A stretch of 64,000 nucleotides of DNA from Flectonema sp. DT1601 (lineage: Eukaryota), in the NCBI GenBank assembly GCA_964019425.1, contig OZ025786.1, positions 186,001 to 250,000 on the forward strand, written 5' to 3'. This document shows positions 1 through 9,185 of the stretch, in pieces. A program made the position numbers and the translations under genes. Position 1 is the first letter of the stretch; each line of letters begins with the position of its first letter. Below the pieces are notes generated by a model. The model did no database searches and was not told where the DNA came from. It saw nothing but the letters and a program-made list of their open reading frames with translations.

Positions 1-13
1 AAAAGAGAAAAAA

Positions 14-62
14 GGGTGTCACGGGGTTCGAACCCGAGACCTCCAGGTCATGGTTCGGAGGT
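14..62 (-). other. tRNA-like 3' half / Pol III B-box followed by T-run (degenerate, not a complete tRNA)
   Basis: Minus strand reads ...AGGTC-TCGGG-TTCGAAC-CCCGT-GACACCC then TTTTTTCTCTTTT; GGGTTCGAACCC at 24-35. No D-arm or acceptor 5' strand found. Confidence 0.35.
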
Positions 63-415
63 CAACAATGGCAAAAACAATGGGCTACTCCTTGAGAGCT
101 TCCGGAGCCTGCTACAATCCCTGAAGCTGAAACTCATTTCAGTGGACGATGCATCCCAGATCTACAAGGAGCTGATTAGCCCGCAGAATGCACCGAGTCG
201 AATATAGAGGGATTCGAGGAGGGAGAGTGCGTTCTTACTAACCTGTTAATAGGCCGGTCTTCACGGTACCTTGTGAGAAAAAAAAGAAGTTTACTGGTGG
301 CAAGTAAACTGATATCCCAGAGACGCATTTGATCGGGCGAACCGGAGAAAAGTCAAATAAGATGCGATTCGACCCTCGCTGAGGGCAGGGGTGTGTCAAA
401 ATGAGCTCGGCATTA

Positions 416-851
416 CTGTAAAGGGAAATATTCTTGTGGGGAAAAATCCGCGAGTTTTTTTCATTTTTTCTAAATCCGCGAGAATTTTTCCCCGCGAGAG
501 TATTTCCCTGCTAGCATACATTTTATACAGCCATTTTTTTAGTTCCTTTTTGTGAAGAAAATACACCTGTTACAAAGGAAAGCTACAGCAAAAACTATTT
601 TCATAATGCAGCATTGTTGTTTTTAGTTGTGTTTGCTAGGTAAATAATTCTTTTTTCCAGCTTGCACTTGATGGAAATGCAAGGATTCCTCACATCCTTG
701 CACTTTTGTAAAAATCCTCTGTGGCAGGGAAATATTCTTATGGGGAAAAACGCGCGAGTTTAAAAAAAAATCCCCAAATCCGCGAGAATATTTCCCCGCG
801 GGAATATTTCCCCGCAGGAGTATTTCCCCGCGAGAATATTTCCCTTTACAG
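416..851. mobile_element. Non-autonomous Tc1/mariner-pogo-type MITE (436 bp)
   Basis: TIRs CTGTAAAGGGAAATATTCT(T/C)G(T/C)GGGGAAA at both ends; TA at 414-415 and 852-853; internal CCGCGAGAATATTTCCC-like repeats; no ORF. Confidence 0.85.
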
Positions 852-861
852 TATATTAAAA

Positions 862-1007
862 TTTAATTAAAAAAGCGCCCTACGCGCCCTCCAGCGCCCT
901 ATTTTGGCCCTATTTTGGCCCTACAATGGCCCTATTTTGGCCCTACAAATTTTTGTGGCTGATTTTCACCAGGCGCCCTCCAAATTTGGAGGGCACTTCC
1001 ATCTATG
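862..1007. mobile_element. Probable right end of a larger DNA transposon (terminus reads CATAGATGGAAG on the minus strand); other end not in window
   Basis: Subterminal GGCCCTATTTT/GCGCCCT repeats, perfect palindrome GCCCTCCAAATTTGGAGGGC (975-994), abrupt junction to the satellite at 1007/1008. CATAG fits the P-superfamily CANRG terminus (inference). Confidence 0.4.
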
Positions 1008-1713
1008 TTAAATTCTTTTTATTTATTTTTTAAAGAAAAAAAAACGGAAAATAGAAATTAGTCGACAAAGTCGAACGATAAAAAAAACAATGATAACATT
1101 GTTTATTCTTTTTTTTATTTTTTTTTTATATTCTTTTTTATTAATTTTGAAAAAAAAAAAAAAAAACAATCAGTTTAGCGTCTTGACCAGGACGGAAAAT
1201 AGAAAGTAATCGACAGAATTTCGATAAGTGGGAAGTAACGGACTGGGAGCTTTTGGCTCCTGCCCTATTCCCGATGTAAACTTTCTTTTTATTTTTATTT
1301 TTTTTTTTAACAGGCCCAAAGGGCGACAATGATGGTTGCTGACCAAGGAATAATATTCAAATGAATTTTCGTTTCAAAGAAACGAACAGAATTGAGAGAG
1401 AGGCAGAGAAAAAAAAAAAAAAAAAAAGAAAGAATAGAAAAAAAAAAAATATGAAGAGGAAATAATCAAACATGAAAAAAAAAAAAAAAAAAAAATATAA
1501 ATAAAAAACGTTGTATGAAAAAGGAAAAAAAGAAAAAAAAAGATCAGAAAAGGAAAGAGAAAATGAAAAGGTATAATATTATTGTGGGGATATGAGGATA
1601 GCAGGGAGATGCTCTTTTTTTTTTTTTTTTTTTTTTTTTATTTATTATTTAAAAAAAGGAAACAATCAGTTTAGCGTCTCGATCAGGACGGAAAATAGAA
1701 ATTAATCGACATA

Positions 1714-2015
1714 CTGCAACTGGAAATATTACTGCGCTGAATAATTACTGCGGGGAAATATTACTGCGCGGAAAAATTAGTGCGGTTTTTTTGAGAAAAG
1801 ATTAGTGCGGTTTTTTCCACTTGGTGGTAGAAAAAAATTTGGTTGCTTTTTTGCTGTGTAAGGCACCAGCAGAAAAATGCATCTGGAGAAAAAATCACTT
1901 CTGAGCAGAAATATTAGTGCGGTGGAAATATTACTGCGTGGAAAAATTAGTGTGGTTTTTTGCAGATTTGGAAATTAGTGCGGTTTTTTCCGCGCAGTAA
2001 TATTTCCAGTTGCAG
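1714..2015. mobile_element. Non-autonomous Tc1/mariner-pogo-type MITE (302 bp) inserted in a satellite unit
   Basis: Perfect 24-bp TIR CTGCAACTGGAAATATTACTGCGC; TA duplication at 1712-1713 and 2016-2017; removing it restores ATCGACATAGTCGAT. Confidence 0.92.
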
Positions 2016-2056
2016 TAGTCGATCGATAGAAAAAAAACAATGATAACATTGTTTAT

Positions 2057-2089
<33 letters not shown>

Positions 2090-2346
2090 CTTTTAATTAT
2101 TTTAAAGAAAAAACAATCAGTTTAGCGTCTTGACCAGGACGGAAAATAGAAAGTAATCGACATAGTCGATCGATAAAAAAAAAACAATGATAACATTGTT
2201 TATTCCTTTTTTTTTTTTTTTTTTTTTTTTGTTCTTTTCATTTATTTTTAAAGAAAAAACAATCAGTTTAGCGTCCTGACCAGGACGGAAAATTGAAAGT
2301 GATCGACATAGTCGATCGATAAAAAAACAATGATAACATTGATTAA

Positions 2347-2381
<35 letters not shown>

Positions 2382-4232
2382 TTTTAATTATTTTTTAAAG
2401 AAAAAACAATCAGTTTAGCGTCTTGACCAGGACGGAAAATAGAAAGTGATCGACATAGTCGATCGATAAAAAAACAATGATAACATTGTTTATTCTTTTT
2501 TTTTTTTTAAATTCTTTTTATTTATTTTTAAAGAAAAAAAAACGGAAAATAAAAATTAGTCGACAAAGTCGAACGATAAAAAAAAAACAATGATAACATT
2601 GTTTATTCTTTTTGTTTTTGTTTTTTTTTATATTCTTTTTTATTAATTTTGAAAAAAAAACAATCAGTTTAGCGTCTTGACCAGGACGGAAAATAGAAAG
2701 TAATCGACATAGTCGATCAATGAAAAAAAAACAATGATAACATTGTTTATTCTTTTTTTTTTTTTTTTTTTTTAAATTCTTTTTATTTATTTTTTAAAAA
2801 GAAAAAAAAAAAAACGGAAAATAGAAATTAGTCAACAAAGTCGAACAATAAAAAAAAAAAAACAATGATAACATTGTTTATTCTTTTTTTTTTATTTTTT
2901 TTTTATATTCTTTTTTATTAATTTTGAAAAAAAAACAATCAGTTTAGCGTCTTGACCAGGACGGAAAATAGAAAGTGATCGACATAGTCGATCGATAAAA
3001 AAAACAATGATAACATTGTATATTCTTTTTTTTTTATTTTTTTTTGTATTCTTTTTTATTAATAAAACAATCAGTTTAGCGTCTTGACCAGGACGGAAAA
3101 TAGAAAGTGATCGACATAGTCGATCGATAAAAAAAACAATGATAACATTGTTTATTCTTTTTTTTTTTTTTTTTTTTTTTTTAATCCTTTTTATTATTTT
3201 AAAGAAAAAACAATCAGTTTAGCGTCTTGACCAGGACGGAAAATAGAAAGTAATCGACATAGTCGATCGATAAAATAAAAACAATGATAACATTGTTTAT
3301 TCCTTTTTTCTTTTTTTTTTTATTCTTTTTATTTATTTTTAAAGAAAAAACAATCAGTTTAGCGTCCTGACCAGGACGAAAAATAGAAAGTGATCGACAT
3401 AGTCGATCGATAAAAAAACAATGATAACATTGTTTATTCTTTTTTTTTTTGTTTTTTTTTTTTTTTATTCTTTTTATTTATTTTTTAAAGAAAAAACAAT
3501 CAGTTTAGCGTCTTGACCAGGACGGAAAATAGAAATTAGTCGACAAGGTCGATCGATAACAAAACAATGATAACATTGTTTATTCTTTTTTTTTTTTTTT
3601 TTTTTTTTTTTATTCTTTTTATTTATTTAGAAAAAACAATCAGTTTAGCGTCTTGACCAGGACGGAAAATAGAAATTAGTCGACAAAGTCGATCGATAAA
3701 AAAACAATGATAACATTGTTTATTCTTTTTTTTTTAAAATTCTTTTTATTTATTTTTTAAAGGAAAAAAAAAACGGAAAATAGAAATTAGTCGACATAGT
3801 CGATCGATAAAAAAACAATGATAATATTGTTTATTCTTTTTTTTTTTTTTTTTTTTAAATTCTTTTTATTTATTTTTTAAAGAAAAAAATGGAAAATAGA
3901 AAATAGTCAACAAAGTCGATCGATAAAAAAAAACAATGATAACATTGTTTATTCTATTTTTTTTTTTTTTTTTTTTTTCTATTCTTTTTTATTAATTTTG
4001 AAAAAAAAAAACAATCAGTTTAGCGTCTTGACCAGGACGGAAAATAGAAAGTAATCGACATAGTCGATCGATAAAAAAAACAATGATAACATTGTTTATT
4101 CTTTTTTTTTATTTTAAATTCTTTTTATTTATTTTTAAAGAAAAGAAACGGAAAATAGAAATTAGTCCGATAAAAAAAAACAATGATAACATTGTTTATT
4201 CTTTTTTTTATTTTTTTTTTTATATTCTTTTT

Positions 4233-5407
4233 GCTCCTTAAAAGCTGCTAAGTGTTTCTGCTAAGTGTTTCTCACTTAGAATTTTATTTTTATGTTCGTT
4301 TTCTATCCCTTCTCCTATCCCTTTTGTTCAAAATAAGCGGGAGGAAATTCTCTCATTCACGCTAAGATGCACTCTGAACTTTGATTTTTTGATCTGAGTG
4401 TGAGGGAATGACCTGTTAGTGCATTGGGCATAGGCTGGGCTGCAGTTTAGATGTCTTAGGTGTTAATAGGGGGTTCCTCTTAGCATTTTTCTTTGTTCCC
4501 ACCTTATGATTTTCTTGAAGAAAAAAAATAGAAGTCATAATGGTGCTTCCCTCTGGAAGGGTTGTAAGCCATGGTGTCCAACTAATTTAAAGGACAAGTC
4601 TGGGATAATCCCTGCCAGAGGGGCGAGTATTCTACCATGGTTGAAATACTCTGGCAACTGATCTTCAATTTTATGTTGTTTGTTAGCTGCTGGTGTATCT
4701 TGATTATGTGTTGATACTTGCATTTTTTTTATTTGTAATCTTCTATTACAATCCTCTTTCTGTTCTGGTCTGTTACCTCATTTGTCTTGTTTAACTTCAG
4801 TTATATCCATTTTACTTTTTATTGTTTCCCATCTACTTTTTATTTTCTATTAGTTCTGGTCAGAAACTCCTGGGCAGCAAGAAGGAAAGTAGTTAAGTAC
4901 TTCTGGGTGTTTGGCATCACCCCCCATAGTGAGCAAGTACAACAGGTAGCATTGGTAGTCTGTTGATCCTGAGTGATCCCAGCTACAGTTTTGTTTTTCT
5001 TTCTTTTTTTTAGAAGAAGATCAGGACATCCAAGCACTGCTGGATAGTTGCTGAATGCAGGGCCTGCCTGTGGCATTATAATAACAGGCTAAGTCATTTG
5101 TAGTTCATAGTTTACCTTTGATTTTATAACTTCACACAGGGTACTATGAACGATGAGAGATCCAGTGGGATCACTCAGGGTCTAGTAGAGACCACCAATG
5201 TTGTGCGTTGATAGGCAAGGTGACCAACCTTGACATTCTTTCTTTTCTCTCCTGTTGTGACAAACACAAAATACACACACAGCTTACAGTGTGTTCTTTG
5301 TGTATGTTTTCTTCAGGTGTGAGTAGTTTTTCTGTTCTTGCTCTTCAGGGAGGGCCTTAGCCAAAAGCTAACAGTCCAAATCTCACCTGGTAATTCAACT
5401 CAGACCC
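4233..5407. mobile_element. Unclassified 1.17-kb insertion in the satellite
   Basis: Satellite TATATTCTTTTT|TTATTAATTTTG resumes in register on both sides; no TIR, no clear TSD, no recognisable ORF; strongly CpG-poor. Confidence 0.6.
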
Positions 5408-6560
5408 TTATTAATTTTGAAAAAAAAAAAACAATCAGTTTAGCGTCTTGACCAGGACGGAAAATAGAAATTAGTCGACAAAGTCGAACGATAAAAAAAA
5501 ACAATGATAACATTGTTTATTCTTTTTTTTTATTTTAAATTCTTTTTATTTATTTTTAAAGAAAAGAAACGGAAAATAGAAATTAGTCCGATAAAAAAAA
5601 ACAATGATAACATTGTTTATTCTTTTTTTTATTTTTTTTTTTATATTCTTTTTTATTAATTTTGAAAAAAAAAAAACAATCAGTTTAGCGTCTTGACCAG
5701 GACGGAAAATAGAAATTAGTCGACAAAGTCGAACGATAAAAAAAAACAATGATAACATTGTTTATTCTTTTTTTTTTTTTTTTTTTTTTTATATTCTTTT
5801 TTATTAATTTTGAAAAAAAAAAAAAAAAAAAAATCAGTTTAGCGTCTTGACCAGGACGGAAAATAGAAAGTAATCGACATAGTCGATCGATAAAAAAACA
5901 ATGATAACATTGTTTATTCTTTTTTTTTTTAAAATTCTTTTTATTTATTTTTTAAAGGAAAAAAAAAACGGAAAATAGAAATTAGTCGACAAAGTCGAAC
6001 GATAAAAAAACAATGATAACATTGTTTATTCTTTTTTTTTTTTTTTATTTCTTTTTATTTATTAAAAAAAAAACAATCAGTTTAGCGTCTTGACCAGGAC
6101 GGAAAATAGAAAGTGATCGACATAGTCGATCGATAAAAAAACAATGATAACATTGTTTATTCTTTTTTTTTATTTTAAATTCTTTTTATTTATTTTTTAA
6201 AGAAAAAAAACGGAAAATAGAAATTAGTCGACAAAGTCGAACGAAAAAACAATGATAACATTGTTTATTCTTTTTTTTATTTTTTTTTTTATTCTTTTTT
6301 ATTAATTTTGAAAAAAAAAAAAACAATCAGTTTAGCGTCTGGACCAGGACGGAAAATAGAAAGTAATCGACATAGTCGATCGATAAAAAAAACAATGATA
6401 ACATTGTTTATTCTTTTTTTTTATTTTAAATTCTTTTTTTTTATTTTTGGGAAAACCCCTAATTCCACAAAAATAGTTTGCGAAATCGCCAACTCATCAC
6501 AAAAAAAAAACGTCCCACCCCGATATGAATAAAAAGAGGGAAAAAACTTTCTTTTACAGC

Positions 6561-6643
6561 GACCCGTTAGTCGAGAGGTAGTACCTCCACCTTATATCCC
6601 AGAGGTACCCGGCTCGAATCCCGATACGACCTTTTTTTTTTTT
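6561..6643 (+). promoter_or_regulatory. tRNA-like Pol III cassette (A-box, B-box, poly-T) in the MULE-1 subterminal region
   Basis: TAGTCGAGAGG (6568-6578), GGCTCGAATCCC (6611-6622), then a 12-T run; tRNA-like spacing, but acceptor and T stems do not pair properly. Confidence 0.4.
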
Positions 6644-6793
6644 ACCCAAAACCTGATGGAAAAAGAGAGCGTGACAAAGGCAATTCAAAATAAGACCAGA
6701 CGTGGCAAAAGTGTCAAAACACATGCATATGGCAATCAGAGTTTTCTTTTTAGAGAGGGATAAACATTGTTGAACAAGTCAGTGGCCAGTAAG

Positions 6794-8701
6794 TCAGTCA
6801 GAATCTGTCGTTGAAGTTGAGTAAGATGAGTAGGATGAGTAGGATGACTGTGCACTTAAAGATTGTGAGTCCGAATCAGAGGATTCACATCGCTTTCGCT
6901 TCTTCTTGACTGTCTTTGCTGCTGGCTTTGCTGCTACTTTCTTTGCTGCTGGCTTTGCTGCTGGCTTTGCTGCTGGCTTTGCTGCTGGCTTTGATGATTG
7001 CGAGGTTGGTTTCCGACAACTTCGTTTGTTGTGACCTTTAGCGTCGCAGTTGGAGCACGTCAGGGTCCTTGATTCACCGTTGGAGCGAATCCGAACCTTT
7101 CTTCTTCTCCCGACACCCTTCTGCACAACAGGGGGTTTCGTGCCGTCGAATTGAAGCTGTCCGGTAGGTATCGCCTGTGGGTACACAGAGACGCGGTAGA
7201 GCTCTCTGTAGCTGCTCATTCTGGTGTAGGGAGGCAAAGAGGTTTCGTGAGTAAAGACATTATTGCGCTGATGTGTCAATACTCTGACTGTGTGGATGCA
7301 AGGTAGGTTGTGGCGGAGGAAATCAGGACAGCCACACACTAATGTTCCATCTTTCAGACACACCAACCACCCGTGTTCTCGTCGTACTTCCCATTGTCCT
7401 TCACCCAGTGGTGTGACAGCATGGTTGTTTGCTGAGGTGGCACTCCCCCGAACGAACAACTCCACTGTCGGAACCGGATAGTTCGCAGGAACGTCAGCAT
7501 GCATCTCGCGTCGGCTGGCGTAGGTGTCCGTTGTCCAACAACGGGTGTCCTTTATCACAGATAAAAGACTCCCTTGCCGAGTCTCCTTGAACACGGCGTT
7601 GACGCATTCCGACGCGTTGGAGGTGTAGGTGTTGCATCTGGGGACACCCGAAGGCCAGTAAGCGTCTGACCACCTTTCAAGGTTTGACTTAAGCAGATAA
7701 CGATGGGCACGTTTTCCGTACTTGTCCTTTATCCCTTGAAGGCACGTCTCGGCCTCTGTTTCGATGCTTAGCTTGCTAATCTTCCACACTAACAACGTCG
7801 CATCAACCTTCGGTATCTTCGTCTGGCTGGCCACGTTGCCAACCAAGTGCTGCACGCACAAAGCATGGTGCAACACGACTCCGTGCAGGGAGGTGTCGGA
7901 CTCCAGCCCCTTCTGCCTGTCGGAAATCAAGACGAACCTTTTCAGTCGGTCGCCAAAATGGTTCTTCAGGTGGGTGTGGTGGTATGCCCATCCCTCGTGG
8001 TTTTCGACCACTCCAACCGAGTAGGCTAAAGGCATAACATGCCTTTCGGCGTCGATCCCCACGGTGATGAACAAGCACCCACCAAACGGACCCGTCAGAC
8101 TGCATGCATCGCTGCAGATGACAGGTGCCAGGTGCTCAGCTGTTTCTGGCCTCACAAAAGACCAAAACACCCTCTCAAAAGCACCATCATCTCTCTTCTC
8201 GATGTTCCAGTACATCTGGCTGTTGCGCTGTTGGAGGTCGGTGAGGTACGGTGCTATCAGGCCGTACTGCTCGCCCATCAACCCGTGGACCTTCTCCTTG
8301 GCCTTCTCCAGACCCCTCTCCACAGTCTTTTTGGGGACCGCAACGTCGCGGAATGACTTTAAGTCAATTGCCGCTTGTTTCGGCCCGTAGTCAAACTGAC
8401 TGGCTACCTTCTCTTCCAAAATACTGGAAATCCAGTCCGACGTGCCATCGCAGCCCCGCCTCGCTTCCCCAGGTGCGCAAGTGTGACTCTCCACCTTCGT
8501 CACGCGGCACTCCCCCTCCACCACCTTTGCCTTCACCGTCCATTGGCATTCGTCGTTTGGACAGGCGAGGGTGAGGTACGTGGGGCACCTTCTCTGCACC
8601 CTGCAGCTGTGTCCTAGCACAGTGTTCACCCGAAACACAGTCTGGATCAGTTCTTCCTGTGTGCGGAAGTAGTCTCCAACAGCATAAGTAGTAGCAGGCA
8701 T
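6794..8701 (-). CDS. MuDR/MULE transposase, 635 aa, intronless
   Basis: DDE motifs VICSDAC, LISDRQKGL, CVQH, TSNASECVN; SWIM finger CGC...LPCIH; CCHC knuckle CSNCDAKGHNKRSC; KPAA-repeat tail. Confidence 0.95.
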   Translation of the reverse strand: MPATTYAVGDYFRTQEELIQTVFRVNTVLGHSCRVQRRCPTYLTLACPNDECQWTVKAKVVEGECRVTKVESHTCAPGEARRGCDGTSDWISSILEEKVASQFDYGPKQAAIDLKSFRDVAVPKKTVERGLEKAKEKVHGLMGEQYGLIAPYLTDLQQRNSQMYWNIEKRDDGAFERVFWSFVRPETAEHLAPVICSDACSLTGPFGGCLFITVGIDAERHVMPLAYSVGVVENHEGWAYHHTHLKNHFGDRLKRFVLISDRQKGLESDTSLHGVVLHHALCVQHLVGNVASQTKIPKVDATLLVWKISKLSIETEAETCLQGIKDKYGKRAHRYLLKSNLERWSDAYWPSGVPRCNTYTSNASECVNAVFKETRQGSLLSVIKDTRCWTTDTYASRREMHADVPANYPVPTVELFVRGSATSANNHAVTPLGEGQWEVRREHGWLVCLKDGTLVCGCPDFLRHNLPCIHTVRVLTHQRNNVFTHETSLPPYTRMSSYRELYRVSVYPQAIPTGQLQFDGTKPPVVQKGVGRRRKVRIRSNGESRTLTCSNCDAKGHNKRSCRKPTSQSSKPAAKPAAKPAAKPAAKKVAAKPAAKTVKKKRKRCESSDSDSQSLSAQSSYSSYSSYSTSTTDSD

Positions 8702-8933
8702 CTTTTAATTTTTTTTTGTGGAAAGCTGCAACAAAAAAACTTTGTAATAAAAATTAAGAATTTTTTTTTTTAAAAAAATCTGTCAAGTTCGAGTCCCGGT
8801 GCGGTAACTTTTTTCCCTAATATTTCGGCCGATGGTCAATTTTTCGGGTCAAGTTCGAGTCCTGGTGGATAACTTTTTTTTGTAGGGAGTTGGCGATTTC
8901 GCAAACTATTTTTGTTGAATTAGAGGTTTTCCC

Positions 8934-9185
8934 TTTATTTTTTAAAGAAAAAAAAACGGAAAATAGAAATTAGTCGACAAAGTCGAACGAAAAAACAATG
9001 ATAACATTGTTTATTCTTTTTTTTATTTTTTTTTTTATTCTTTTTTATTAATTTTGAAAAAAAAAAAAACAATCAGTTTAGCGTCTTGACCAGGACGGAA
9101 AATAGAAAGTAATCGACATAGTCGATCGATAAAAAAAACAATGATAACATTGTTTATTCTTTTTTTTTATTTTAAATTCTTTTTA
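8934..9185. repeat. Satellite B+A dimer between the two MULEs
   Basis: Near-identical to the dimer at ~6190-6448. Confidence 0.9.

Larger units (their letters stand above)
1008..6448. repeat. AT-rich tandem satellite, ~105-150 bp units of two types (long A, short B), interrupted by insertions
   Basis: Repeated CAATCAGTTTAGCGTCTTGACCAGGACGGAAAATAGAAAG-ATCGACATAGTCGATCGAT-A(n)-CAATGATAACATTGTTTATTC-T(n); type B lacks the CAATCAG...CCAGG block; about 26 copies counted here. Confidence 0.95.
6449..8933 (-). mobile_element. Mutator-like DNA transposon (MULE-1), apparently intact
   Basis: ~47-bp imperfect TIRs GGGAAAACC(C/T)CTAATTC(C/A)ACAAAAATAGTTTGCGAAATCGCCAACTC; 9-bp TSD TTTATTTTT (6440-6448, 8934-8942); single transposase ORF. 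Confidence 0.95.

Noticed and set aside
5177..5188. CAGGGTCTAGTA resembling the ingi/L1Tc 5' signature
   Set aside because: Short internal match recalled from memory; the rest of the signature and the HDV-like fold are absent.
5320..5407. Ribozyme at the minus-strand 5' end of the insert (CTGAAGAG, GGCTAA)
   Set aside because: No hammerhead stem II/III pairing and no HDV P3/L3/P1.1 element.
1008..6448. CRISPR-like array
   Set aside because: Intervening segments are variable-length A/T homopolymers, not unique spacers; eukaryotic context and no cas genes.
6561..6631. Functional tRNA gene (also 14-62)
   Set aside because: Acceptor, anticodon and T stems do not form a cloverleaf.
7290..8617. 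Overlapping short ORFs within MULE-1 and antisense ORFs within host genes
   Set aside because: Shadow frames of real coding sequence with no motifs.
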